DNA of 64,000 nt from an uncultured Chloroflexia bacterium (GCA_963751345.1 CAVVUS010000021.1:65693-129692), one strand, 5' to 3'; counted from the first letter of the stretch, positions 30,905-41,373 are shown. The notes: generated by a model from the sequence alone, not told the origin. Made by a program: numbers and translations.

Positions 30905-31930
30905 ATGACGGAGAGAACAAGGATTGGTATCATCGGAGCCGGGCGGATAGGCTCGCTCCACGCAGCCAACCTCGTCACGCGAATCCCCGAGGCGGAAGTC
31001 GTCGCCATCTCGGATATACGCAGAGAGGCTGCAGAACGCTGTGCCGCCGATCTGGGCATCCCTGAGATCTACAGCGATCCGGGGCCGGTGTTCTCACATC
31101 CCGACGTGGACGCCGTGCTGATCTGTTCGAGCACCGACACGCACGCCAGGCTTGTGGAGCAGTCAGCCGCGGCTGGCAAGCACATCTTCTGCGAGAAGCC
31201 GATCGACCTCGACCTCGCGCGCGTTGATAAGGTCCTGGAGGCTGTCGATCGGGCCGGTGTGAAATTCATGGTCGGCTTCAATCGGCGGTTCGATCACAAC
31301 TTTCGCCGGATCCACGACCTGGTGCAGGCAGGGGCGATCGGCACGCCGCACCTGCTCCACATCATCAGCCGCGACCCCTCGCCACCGCCCGCGGAATACG
31401 TCAAGGTCTCCGGGGGCATCTTCCTCGACATGACCATCCATGACTTCGATATGGCGCGCTTTCTGATCGGCAGTGAGGTCACCGAGCTCTACGTCGAGGG
31501 CGGCGTGATGGTCGATCCGGCGATCGGAGAGGCCGGCGACATCGACACGGCTGTCGTCGTGATGCGCTTCGAGAACGGCGTCATCGGCACGATCGACAAC
31601 AGCCGTCAGGCCGTCTACGGCTACGATCAGCAGGTCGAGGTCTTCGGCAGCGGCGGATCCGTCCATTCGGGCAACGACTTCCCGAACACGGCCTCGATCA
31701 GCGATGCGGGAGGCGTCCGGCGCGACCTGCCGCTCAACTTCTTCATGGACCGCTACGTGGAGGCCTACGTCGACGAGCTCCGCACCTTCGTCGCCTGCAT
31801 TCGCGAGGACAAGGCCCCGCCCGTGACCGGCATCGACGGTCGCCAGGCGATTCTCATGGGCTATGCCGCGAAGCGATCGTACAAGGAGCACCGACCGGTA
31901 AAGCTGGCGGAGGTGGATACGGCAGCCTGA
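30905..31930 (+). CDS. iolG: myo-inositol 2-dehydrogenase
   Basis: GAGRIG, CEKPI, GFNRRFD, SRDP, DMTIHDFD and YGYDQQVEV. Confidence 0.9.
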   Translation: MTERTRIGIIGAGRIGSLHAANLVTRIPEAEVVAISDIRREAAERCAADLGIPEIYSDPGPVFSHPDVDAVLICSSTDTHARLVEQSAAAGKHIFCEKPIDLDLARVDKVLEAVDRAGVKFMVGFNRRFDHNFRRIHDLVQAGAIGTPHLLHIISRDPSPPPAEYVKVSGGIFLDMTIHDFDMARFLIGSEVTELYVEGGVMVDPAIGEAGDIDTAVVVMRFENGVIGTIDNSRQAVYGYDQQVEVFGSGGSVHSGNDFPNTASISDAGGVRRDLPLNFFMDRYVEAYVDELRTFVACIREDKAPPVTGIDGRQAILMGYAAKRSYKEHRPVKLAEVDTAA

Positions 31931-31945
31931 GGAAGTCGCAGCTTG

Positions 31946-32028
31946 TGACGAGTGACGGCGTGCGCAGACGCACGAGTGACGATTGATCAGAGAACGATCC
32001 GATCACCCGTCACTCGTCAGTGTCACGG
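31946..32028. repeat. GTGACGA heptamer repeats arranged as an inverted repeat
   Basis: GTGACGAGTGACG and CGAGTGACGA on the left pair with CGTCACTCGTCA on the right. Confidence 0.55.
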
Positions 32029-32084
32029 GTTGCGGATCGTCACTATTTGCATTCACGCATCTTCATATTACCAGGAGGTCACCA

Positions 32085-33245
32085 ATGAAAGGGTTAGTAC
32101 TGGACGCAAAGTGGGACCCGAAGCCGGATTATGCGGTCTCGGATTGGGAGAAGGCAACGGGCAAAGCCGTCACCGGCAGTGCCATCTGGCGTTACCCGAC
32201 GCTCAAGGTGCAGGAGTGGCCCGATCCGGAGCCGGGCCCGCGGGATGTCGTCATCGAGGTCAAGGCGTGCGGCGTCTGCGGCTCGGATATGCACTTCTAC
32301 GAGACGGATAAGGATGACTACATCCTCTACCCCGGCCTGACGAAGTTCCCCACGATCCTGGGACACGAGTTCGCCGGCAAGATCGTCGAGGTGGGCCCGG
32401 AGGTCGAGGATCGCAAGGTCGGCGACATCGTGACAGCCGAGGAGATGATCTGGTGCGGGCACTGCATCGCCTGTCGCAATGGATATCCCAACCACTGCAC
32501 GAACCTGGAGGAGATCGGGTTCACGATTCCCGGCGCCTTCGCGAACTACATCGCGCTGGATGAGAAGTACTGCTGGCCGATCGACGCCATCGCGGAGCGG
32601 TTTGGCAGCGAGGAACGCGCGTTTGAGGTGGGCGCGCTGAGTGAGCCGACGAGCGTCTCCTACAACGCGATGTTCGAGCGTGCAGGCGGCTTCCGCCCGG
32701 GACACTACGTCAGCGTCTTCGGTTCAGGCCCCATCGGCCTGGCCGCCACCGGTCTGGCGCGCGCCGCAGGTGCGGGGACGATCGTCGCCTTCGAGGTGTC
32801 GGCACCACGTCGGGAGCTGGCGAAGAAGGTCGGGGCGGACTACGTCTACGACCCACGCGAGGTCAGCCCCCACGAGGTGATGATGGAGCTGAGCAAGGGC
32901 GAGGGATTCAACTTCCACGTCGAGGCCGCCGGTGCGCCCCACCTGACCATCCCCGAGATGGAGCAGGCGCTGGCCATCAACGCCAAGATCGTGCAAATCG
33001 GGCGTGCCGCCCAGCGCGTGCCGATGTACCTGGAAAGCTTCCAGGTTCGCCGTGCCCAGGCCTTTGGCTCGCAGGGACACTCCGGCCACGAGACGTTCCC
33101 CAACGTGATTCGCATGGTGGGCGCCGGCCGGCTCGACCTGAGCCCGATCATCACGGCGACCTACGAGTTGGACAACGTCGTCGACGCCATCGCGCAGTCG
33201 ACGACCCGCACCGACGGCAAGATCATGGTGAAGCCGAACGCGTAA
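32085..33245 (+). CDS. iolM: scyllo-inosose 3-dehydrogenase (Zn-dependent ADH)
   Basis: CGVCGSD, YILYPGLTKFPTILGHE, AEEMIWCGHCIAC and GSQGHSGH; adjacent to a creatininase-family gene. Confidence 0.85.
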   Translation: MKGLVLDAKWDPKPDYAVSDWEKATGKAVTGSAIWRYPTLKVQEWPDPEPGPRDVVIEVKACGVCGSDMHFYETDKDDYILYPGLTKFPTILGHEFAGKIVEVGPEVEDRKVGDIVTAEEMIWCGHCIACRNGYPNHCTNLEEIGFTIPGAFANYIALDEKYCWPIDAIAERFGSEERAFEVGALSEPTSVSYNAMFERAGGFRPGHYVSVFGSGPIGLAATGLARAAGAGTIVAFEVSAPRRELAKKVGADYVYDPREVSPHEVMMELSKGEGFNFHVEAAGAPHLTIPEMEQALAINAKIVQIGRAAQRVPMYLESFQVRRAQAFGSQGHSGHETFPNVIRMVGAGRLDLSPIITATYELDNVVDAIAQSTTRTDGKIMVKPNA

Positions 33246-33250
33246 GTAAG

Positions 33251-33320
33251 ACCGTTGGCACGTTTGAACGTTCAGACGTGCCAACGTTATAACGTGGAAA
33301 CGTTCAGACGTGCAAACGAA
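33251..33320. repeat. 8-bp-period array with ACGT cores (7 exact + 2 degenerate units)
   Basis: ACGT at 33260, 33268, 33276, 33284, 33292, 33300 and 33308. Confidence 0.85.
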
Positions 33321-33335
33321 CAAAGGAGACCAATC

Positions 33336-34467
33336 ATGACAGAGATAACGAAAACGCCGCCCGGTCTGCTGGCGACCGACCAGCCGGACCTCTTCTTCGA
33401 GGACAATACTGTCGGCAGAATGAAGAAGGAGATCTGGGAGTCCAGTGACACCGAGATCGACGCGATCTTGGACGAGTACGGCATGCCCTCTCCCGTGGAG
33501 TGGGGCAAGCCCGGGTCGTACATCCAGACGACGGTGCGCTGGCAGGTGGAGCAGAACCGCAAGAAGAACGACATCGTGCTGATCCCCATCGGCAGCACCG
33601 AGCTCCACGGACAACACATGCCCAGTGCCTCGGACACGCTCTACGTCAGCCAGATCTGCGAGGGCGTGCGCCGCTACACGGCGAAGCAGGGCGCGCCGGT
33701 CAACCTGGCGCTGCCGCCGGTGATGTACGGCGCGCATCCCTATCACCACCTGGGCATGCCGGGCACGGTGATCATACGGGAGAATGTCCTGCGCGAGCAG
33801 TTGATCGACGTGATGCTGGGTCTATGGAACGACGGCTTCCGCAAGCAGATCCTCATCAACAACCACGGCCAACTCTGGGTGCTGGAGGCGGCGATCCAGC
33901 AGTTCACCAAGCGCTACCAGCTCCCCGGCCTCTATCGCGTCATCGACTGGCACCGCGCGGTGCGCGAGTTCTTCCGCACCACGGACCGCGGTGGCAAGTG
34001 GGACACCAACTTCGTCCACGCCGACGAGTCGGAGACCTCGCTGGGGCTCTACCTGCACCCGGAGATGGTTGACATGGCCTACGCCGTCGATACCGAAGGC
34101 ATCAGCTATCTGCCGGACGGGCACTTCGATAAGTCCGTCGACCCCTTTAGCCGGGCCAGCCGCTGGTCCGAGGGTGAGGGACAGTCCGCCATCGAGCTTG
34201 CGGGCACACCCGCGGGTGTAGTGGGTAAGGCGACCCACGGCGATCCGCGAGAAGGCCAAGCGTCCCCTGGCGGCAATCCTCCGCTATCTGACGCTGCTCA
34301 ACGACCAGATTCTGGAGGCCTTCCCTCCCGGCACGCTGCCCCCGACCGAACAGGTCAGTCTCCGCACCGACGAAGAGATGGCTCCCTTCCTCAAGGAGCC
34401 CTTCAGCGAGGGCTGGCGCCCGGTCTACGCGCTCCCGCGCATCGGGCAGGATACGTTCAGCGGATAG
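33336..34467 (+). CDS. iolN: 3-dehydro-scyllo-inosose hydrolase (creatininase family), frameshift near 34250
   Basis: PIGSTELHG, NNHGQ and HADESETS; the shifted frame gives AKRPLAAILRYLTLLNDQILEAFPPG...GWRPVY. Confidence 0.85.
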
Positions 34468-34487
34468 GGACTGGCAATCAGTGATGC

Positions 34488-34518
34488 GGGAGTGGGCCGG
34501 GGTATCCGGCCCACTCCC
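34488..34518. other. Intergenic 13-bp GC-rich hairpin between iolN and iolO
   Basis: GGGAGTGGGCCGG/CCGGCCCACTCCC, enclosed by an outer GGACTGG/CCAGTCC pair; no U-tract. Confidence 0.65.
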
Positions 34519-34564
34519 TGATCCACCAGTCCTCGATGCCTTCACCATCCTCAGGAGGGCTACC

Positions 34565-35371
34565 ATGAAACTCAGCCTCGTCCTTTCCACCCACCAGGCC
34601 CAGTTCGAGGCCGTCGCCCTCAAGGGCGACTTCGAGACCAACGTCGCCAAGATCGCCGGCTGGGGCTACGACGGGGTAGAGCTCGCGATTCGCGACCCGG
34701 CCCTGGTCGACGCCGGCGAACTCGCGCGCGTCGTTGAGCGCTACGGTCTGGCGGTGCCCGCCCTCGGCACCGGGCAGGCGTGGGGTGAGGAGCACTTGTC
34801 GTTCACCAGTTCAGATCCTGCGATACGGGCGGCGGCAATTCGCCGGATACAGAGTCACATCCCGCTCGCCGCGCGGTTCGACGCCGCCGTCATCATCGGC
34901 CTGATCCGTGGGATCACGCCCAAGGGCCAGGACCACGCCACGTCGATGGCCTACTTCGTCGAGGCGATGCGCGCCTGCGGCGAGGCCGCACAGGGCACCG
35001 GCGTCCGCTTTGCCATCGAGCCGCTCAACCGCTACGAGACGGATCTCCTCCACACGATCCAGGAGGGGCTGGACTTTCTCGACCAAGTGCAGATGGAGAA
35101 CGTCGGCCTGCTCGTCGACACCTTCCACATGAACATCGAGGAGCCCCACATCGCCGACAGCATCCGCGCCTGTGGCGAGCGCACCTTCCACGTCCACTTG
35201 GCCGACTCCAACCGCTGGTATCCCGGCGCAGGACACGTGGACTTTGCGGAGGTCGTGGCGACGCTGAAGGGGATAGGCTACGACGGCTGGCTCTCGGGGG
35301 AGTTCATGCCCCAGCCGGACGCCGACACAGCAGCCCGGAAGGCCATCGCCCACATGCGCCCGCTCCTCTGA
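34565..35371 (+). CDS. iolO: 5-keto-L-gluconate epimerase (TIM-barrel sugar epimerase)
   Basis: YDGVELAIRDP, GTGQAW, EPLNRYE, DTFHMNIEE and HLADSNRWYPGAGH; operon context. Confidence 0.82.
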   Translation: MKLSLVLSTHQAQFEAVALKGDFETNVAKIAGWGYDGVELAIRDPALVDAGELARVVERYGLAVPALGTGQAWGEEHLSFTSSDPAIRAAAIRRIQSHIPLAARFDAAVIIGLIRGITPKGQDHATSMAYFVEAMRACGEAAQGTGVRFAIEPLNRYETDLLHTIQEGLDFLDQVQMENVGLLVDTFHMNIEEPHIADSIRACGERTFHVHLADSNRWYPGAGHVDFAEVVATLKGIGYDGWLSGEFMPQPDADTAARKAIAHMRPLL

Positions 35372-35490
35372 GCCCGCGGCGCCCGCCGCCTGGGCGAGAT
35401 GCAGTCGCCCGCCAATCGTCGGAATCCGAGGACACTCCCGGCGGACTTCGCCGGCGTTCAGTTCCTGTCGATTCTGGCTGATGCCCGCCA

Positions 35491-35703
35491 TCATGCACAA
35501 AGACGCCCCATACGGGGCGTCTTTGGTGGCAAAAGCGGACTAGCCGCTCGGTTCCGGCAGCGTTTGCAGACCTTGAGCTTGCTGCCGTCCTCGGCGGTCC
35601 GTTCGTAGAGGAGCTTGATCCCGGTCGCGCCACAGATTGGGCAGGTGCCCCGTCCGCCAGTGGTCAGATTCCGAATTCCCTTGCCGCGATGCTGCTTACC
35701 CAT
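35491..35703 (-). CDS. Small basic Zn-ribbon protein (CPIC...CKRC); true length possibly about 54 aa
   Basis: MGKQHRGKGIRNLTTGGRGTCPICGATGIKLLYE...KVCKRC; has its own promoter and terminator. Confidence 0.75.
   Translation of the reverse strand: MGKQHRGKGIRNLTTGGRGTCPICGATGIKLLYERTAEDGSKLKVCKRCRNRAASPLLPPKTPRMGRLCA
35498..35525. terminator. Bidirectional-type intrinsic terminator
   Basis: CAAAGACGCCCC-ATAC-GGGGCGTCTTTG between convergent genes. Confidence 0.7.
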
Positions 35704-35763
35704 CGATGTTTGGTGCCTTTCTTGAGCTCGAGTGTGAGGACGCTACAGGTCCACCGCAAGATC

Positions 35764-35840
35764 GACAGCCACGGATTCGGCTCCGTGGCTGTCAGTGTCC
35801 TGAGTTGCAGCCATGATACGACCGATCAACGCCATGTCAA
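35764..35840 (-). promoter_or_regulatory. Promoter TTGACA-16-TATCAT plus a 12-bp leader hairpin upstream of the Zn-ribbon gene
   Basis: -35 at 35835-35840, -10 at 35813-35818; stem 35764-35775/35782-35793. Confidence 0.6.
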
Positions 35841-35993
35841 GCCGGCGTAAGCGTCGCGTGGACCGTGCCCTGGATGTCAACTGTATGCGTCGACAGACAG
35901 GGCGCCGCCCGGTCTTTGCTGCGACAAGCCGTTTTGTTCTGGTGGAGACACTCGGTGGGACCTCTGATGCCCACATGCCGTCGAAGACAGGGC

Positions 35994-38900
35994 TCACGGC
36001 GCGGTGCCGGCCTCGACTTCCGCCAGAACCGCTATCGCCTCGGTCCGCATATCGCTCAACAGCACGGCCTGCTTCGCTGCTTCGATCTCAGCGGGTGAGA
36101 GCGCGCTCATCGCCGCCCGGTAATCCGGGCCGGCGATATCCTGGAACCACTGCGACCCTGCCACAAACTGGCAGCACTGCATCACAACCGTGATCAGGGC
36201 GTGAGCGCGTTTAGCGCGTCCGGCGTCGGCGTAGAACATCGCCATCCCCGGCAGCGCACAGGCCAGGATGGGCGGTGTCCCTATCTTGACGCCGGTCTCG
36301 AGCTCCTCCACAAGGCAAGCTCGTGCCAGGTCGCGGTCACCCTTCGTGCGGTAGGCGTACCCGAGGAAGGAGTGGATCATTCCCAGGTAGATCCGCTCTT
36401 GCAGCGCACGAAACTCATCTGTGCTCTGCGAAAGCTTCGCCACCGCCGCGTCGACATCACCATGCACCAGCGCAAGGCTGCCCGTTACGTGTTCGGTCCA
36501 GGCAATAAGCCGTCGCTCGCCCGCGATGTGGGCGTCCTCCAGCGCTCGCGCTGCCAACTCACGCGCATCATCGTACTTCCCGTTGAGCATCAGGCCCCAA
36601 GCCTGGACGCCCCGTGGATAAGGCGCCGGCAGGCCTAAGCGATCCATGATCTCGGCCGCTTCGTTGTAGAGCGGCATCGCTGTCTCGAGCCGACCGGCGA
36701 GCATCCACCGCGTACCAAGGTATTGAAGACCCACCACGGTCTCCAGCGGGTTGCCGATCTCCCGCCGGACCGCCAAGGCCTCCTGCGCGAACTCGATCGA
36801 CTGATCGAGATGCCCCTGATAGAGCGCTAGGCCGTCCAGACCGTGCAGGGCCCACGCAATCGCGTGGAGATCGCCGCGTGCACGGCCGCTGGCCAGCAAC
36901 TCCTCGGCATAGCGGCGCGCCGCGTCGAAATCTGGGAGCAGCAAGGTCAAGTCGACCAATCGATCCAGGGTGCGTCCCTCCTCCCAACGGTCGCCCGTCT
37001 CACGCAACACAGCCAGGCTCTCCTCGTAGAGGGACATCGCGCGCGTGCGATCCGTGTTCCACGAGAGATTCCCCTTACGGCGCAGGGCCATACCCAACTC
37101 GACACGCACGTCGGTCGATGACAAGCCCGGCGACCGCAGGTATAGCTCAGCGCCCGGTTCACCGATGTCTCGGCGTCTTCCCCGGTCTGCAACTCGCTCT
37201 GCCAGATCAGGAGTCTCGTGACGACCCGCAGCCGTTCCGCTTCGTCGACCCCGTCCGGCATCCGCGATCCCTCAAGCCGCATCAGGGCCGCCTGGCACGT
37301 CCGTATCCCCTCCTCGCGCCGGACGCGCCGAACATAGAACAAGCACAAACCATCGACAGCCTGCGTGATCTGCGCCAGGTCGCCCTGCCCCACAACCCAA
37401 TCCCACGCTGCCTGTGCATTGTCGATCTCAGAATCCATCGCGGCAAGCGCCGCGACTTGGCGTGGCCCCTTGGCGTCCTCGAACCACCGGTGCAGGACGT
37501 GCACGTAATAGGCCGCGTGGCGGTCACGTGCCTCGCGGTCAGCGACCGGGGTCCGGGCCAGTCGTTCCTCCGCATACTGACGGAGCAGTTCGTGGATGCC
37601 GTAGCGCGCCCCCGAGGCACGCCCTACCAGCGATTGCTCCACCAGGCGCCGGATCTCGGCCAGCGTCGCACCGGTGACGAAGTACGCCGCCTCAGCCCCG
37701 AAGCCGCCGCGAAAAACCGAGAGCGCCTGCATAAGAGCCTGCTCGCGGATGCGCATCAGGCGCCACGAGTGATCGAAGACCGCCCGCATACTCCGCTGGC
37801 GGGCAGGCACATCCGCCCACCCCGCACTGAGGAAATCGATAGGTTGGTCGGCTATCTCAGTCGTCTCGCCCGTGAGGCGATCGAGGATCCCTTTGGGGGC
37901 GAGGACGTCAGCCCACGCGGCAGCCAGCAGAAGGGCCAATGGCATCCCCTCAACCTGCCGGCAGATCCGTACCACCGCGGGGCTGTTCTGATCTGTGAGC
38001 CGGAATCCGTGCGCCACCCGTTGGGCGCTCTGGATGAAGAGCTTCACCGACCCCACCTCGATAAGCTGCTCCAGAGGGAGTGTGTCGCCATCCGGAACCT
38101 CGAGCGCATCGACCATGAAAGTGGTCTCGCTCAACACCCCGAGACGCACACGTGAGGTGGCAATAATCGACAGCCCCGGCGCCGATGCGAGTAGGTCAAC
38201 GAAATGCGCTGCATCAGACCTCAGTTGCTCGACGTTGTCCAGGATCAGCAGCATCGTCTTGCCCTTGAGATAGCGCTGCAGTTGCTCTTCGACAGAGCCC
38301 GACTGCTCGGAGGCCACCAACCCCACCGCCTGCGCGATCGCCGCAACACAGCCATCCCACGACGTCGTCGCTACAAGGGGAACCAGATACGCGCCATCGG
38401 CAAAGCGTGGCCCGTGGATTGCGCCCAGCTCCATCGCCAGACGCGTCTTGCCGATGCCGCCCGGACCCACAAGCGTGAGCAGTCGTACGTCGGCATCCCT
38501 GAGACGCTCATCCAGCTTCGCCATCTCGAGCTCGCGACCGATCAACGGCATGAGCGGCGCCGGGATCGTCTGAGATGGCGTCTCGGTTACGATCCGCCGG
38601 CGTGACACCGGCTCGGGGTTATCCCGGCCTCATCCCGTCCAATGTCTCGGCGCGAATGCCCTGGATCAGATCGCGGGTCTGCGCGTCCGGCTCGACACCT
38701 AGCTCCTCCTCGAGGATGCCGCAGCAGACATCGTATTGCCGCAAGGCGGCGCCGCGTTCGCCGGTCAGCGCCAGCAGGTGGATGAGCTGTCGCTGAGCTG
38801 CCTCCCGCCACGGATCGAGCTCGACCTGGCGCCAGGCATATCCCAGAGCGTCTTCGTAGGCCCCTTGCGCTGTGTATCGCTCAACCAGCGTGGCGAGTGC

Positions 38901-39434
38901 GTCCATCGCCTGTCGATGGAGCCGCTCCCGCTGCAGAAGCTGCCACTCCTCGAACGCCGGCGCATCACCTAGCGAGAATCCCCCGAGGAACCTGCCCTGG
39001 TAGAGCGCCACGGCCTGCGCTAGCCGCTCCAGTCCATTGCCGCCGGACACGGCGGGGGCCGCGCCCCCCCGGCGCAGATGCGCTGCCCCCTGCTGCAGCA
39101 GCGCATCAAGCTGCCTCACATCAACCCAGGTCTCGTAACTGCCGCTGAGTCTCACGGTGGCGCGCGTAGCCTCGACGTAGGGGATCGCCCGCTCACGGTC
39201 GCCCAACACACGTCGGAGATCGGTTAGCGCCTGGCTCAAAGTGTGGCGCGCGTTTGCCTCAGGATACTCAGGCCAGAGCATGCCGGCCAGTGTCTCCCTG
39301 CGGTGGGGCTTGTCTGCTTCAACCGCCAGATAGACAAGCAGCGCGCGCTCCTTTTCCGTACGGAACCCGAGGATGGGCTCGCCTGCCGACGTGATGCGAA
39401 GTGTGCCGAGCGTGGCGATCGAGAAATCGGCCAT
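35994..39434 (-). CDS. AfsR/SARP-type regulator: wHTH + BTAD + STAND ATPase + TPR (copy 1; two frameshifts)
   Basis: KERALLVYLAVE, LDPWREAAQRQLIHLL, Walker A GPGGIGKT, Walker B LLILDNVE, GMPLAL, RQRSMRAVFDHSW, then TPRs. Confidence 0.9.
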
Positions 39435-39564
39435 TGCGACTCCTTTCCAACAGTAGCAGGGCGGGAGACACGGTGGGCCAGGCTTCGATGCGGAGCAATG
39501 ACGGGCCGCACAGTGTGACGGTCATTGGCACGACAGTGGGACTAGACTGCGTCCCCTCACCCCC

Positions 39565-39643
39565 ATTCTAGTCCCAGTTTCACGGTGCAGCAAATCGTCT
39601 CTGAGCGTTTCTTGAGGATTCTTTGATGATCGTTTGGTAGGCT
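39565..39643. promoter_or_regulatory. Divergent promoter pair with TGA boxes at 11-bp period (copy 1)
   Basis: Minus strand TTGCTG-17-TAGAAT; plus strand TGA at 39602/39613/39624, then TG-g-TAGGCT at 39635-39643. Confidence 0.65.
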
Positions 39644-39673
39644 GGGAACAGACTCAAGATCGGAGGCTGGCCC

Positions 39674-39916
39674 ATGACGGTAGACGCTCCGAGGTACTAC
39701 GCGTATCTGTTCCGGATGTGGCGGACGGGACCGCAGGGGCCGTGGCGAGCCAGCCTCGAGGATGTGGATACAGGCGAGCGGATTGGGTTCGACAGCATCG
39801 CGGAGGCGTTTGCCTATCTGTTGGAGAAGGACGAGGCGGCTGCGATTACAGCAGGTCGGTCGCAACCCATGGTGGAAACGGAGGTGTCGGGTCGGGGTGA
39901 GGATTCTGGAGCGTGA
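39674..39916 (+). CDS. Small conserved protein (YLFRMW...PWRASLED..TGE..GF), copy 1
   Basis: GGAGG RBS; a near-identical paralogue starts at 45287. Confidence 0.8.
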   Translation: MTVDAPRYYAYLFRMWRTGPQGPWRASLEDVDTGERIGFDSIAEAFAYLLEKDEAAAITAGRSQPMVETEVSGRGEDSGA

Positions 39917-39968
39917 TGATCCACAGGTTCGCTACCCTGTAGTCGTTCACAGAGAGAGGAGATGGGAG

Positions 39969-41297
39969 ATGAAAGCACGGATTCTGTGTCTGGTGGTGTT
40001 GCTGGTGTCGATCTTTGGCGCTATGCCGGCAAGCGCACAGGCGCCGCCTAGCATCAGGGATGCGGTCGGTGAGTACCTGCTTGTGTTTGGGAACGCCGGC
40101 ATCCCCGCCCGTGCTGCCGCTCAAGTGCGGACAGCAGGGGGCGACGTGGTCAAGGAGATCCCACAGATCGGGGTCATGGTGGTTCACGGTAGCCCTGAGT
40201 TTCTAGCGCAGGCCAGGCGCATCCCGGGCGTCATTGAGGTGGGACCGAATAGAATCTGGCAGATACAGACGCCGACCACGGGGCAGGGTGCGAAGAGAGC
40301 GATAGCAGGTGTTGAGAACAACGACCTCTACACTGACTACCAGTGGGATATCAAGCGGGTCGGCGGTGTGCCGGAGACCTGGGAAATCGAGAAGGGTGCC
40401 GGGGCGATCGTCGCCGTGTTGGACAGCGGGGTGTACTGGGAACATCCGGATATCGCGCCGAACTACCTCTACGGAAAGAGCTACGTGGTGGACCACTTCG
40501 ATCCGTCAGGCACCCTGTTGCCCGCGGAGGATGAGAACGACTACTTTGGGCACGGCACAGCCTTGGCCGGAACCATCGCCGCGTCGATCACGCAAGGGAG
40601 GATCATCGGCGTCGCCCCGGAGGCCGAGATCGCAAACTACAAGGTCTTTGACATGTACAGCTACGGCTACAATGACTGGATCCTCCAGGCGATCGTGGAC
40701 GCAGCAGACGACGGGGTGAATGTCATCAATATGAGCTTCAACTACAACGTATCGATGTCCGAAGGTGGCGCAGCCGTCTACGTTGCCTTCGTTCGGGCTA
40801 CCTCGTATGCCCGGCAGAGAGGGGTATTGATGGTCGCCTCCTCAGGCAACGATGCAGCCAACCTTGCCGAGCTCCGACCAATCGTCAACCTGCCCCCGGC
40901 AGCGCCTGCGGTGATCTCCGTGAACGCCACCACATCGACGGATGAGCTTGCCGGCTACAGCAACTACGGGCCGGGCTCCTTCATCTCCGCGCCGGGAGGA
41001 GGCGATTGGGACCCTTATCCCTTTGGGGACTGCCTCGTCGCCTGGAGCCCCATTACGTGGATTCCGTTCTGGGCGGGCCAGATGTACGTATCTACCTCAG
41101 GGACAAGCCTGGCGGCGCCCAAGGTGGCGGCGGTGGCGGCACTCATCTACGCCCAGAACCCGCACTTCGGCCCCGCTCAGGTCAAGGCACGCCTGTTCCA
41201 GACCGCCGAGGACATCGGCGTGCCTGGCTTTGACTACGAGTTCGGTCACGGGCTGGTTAACGCCTATCGGGCGCTGACCGTTCAGCGAGCGCCGTAG
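39969..41297 (+). CDS. Secreted S8 serine peptidase
   Basis: Signal peptide; VLDSG, GHGT, SSGN and SGTSLAAPKV. Confidence 0.9.
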   Translation: MKARILCLVVLLVSIFGAMPASAQAPPSIRDAVGEYLLVFGNAGIPARAAAQVRTAGGDVVKEIPQIGVMVVHGSPEFLAQARRIPGVIEVGPNRIWQIQTPTTGQGAKRAIAGVENNDLYTDYQWDIKRVGGVPETWEIEKGAGAIVAVLDSGVYWEHPDIAPNYLYGKSYVVDHFDPSGTLLPAEDENDYFGHGTALAGTIAASITQGRIIGVAPEAEIANYKVFDMYSYGYNDWILQAIVDAADDGVNVINMSFNYNVSMSEGGAAVYVAFVRATSYARQRGVLMVASSGNDAANLAELRPIVNLPPAAPAVISVNATTSTDELAGYSNYGPGSFISAPGGGDWDPYPFGDCLVAWSPITWIPFWAGQMYVSTSGTSLAAPKVAAVAALIYAQNPHFGPAQVKARLFQTAEDIGVPGFDYEFGHGLVNAYRALTVQRAP

Positions 41298-41373
41298 GAA
41301 CTAGGAGCCGCCACCTGCCTTGGGGCGTGACTGCCGACGACCACGCCCCGTCAATAGACGTTGACTCGCAGTC

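Noticed and set aside
29669-33320. ACGT arrays as CRISPR repeats
   Set aside because: The period is 8 bp with no unique 25-45 bp spacers, and there are no cas genes in the window.
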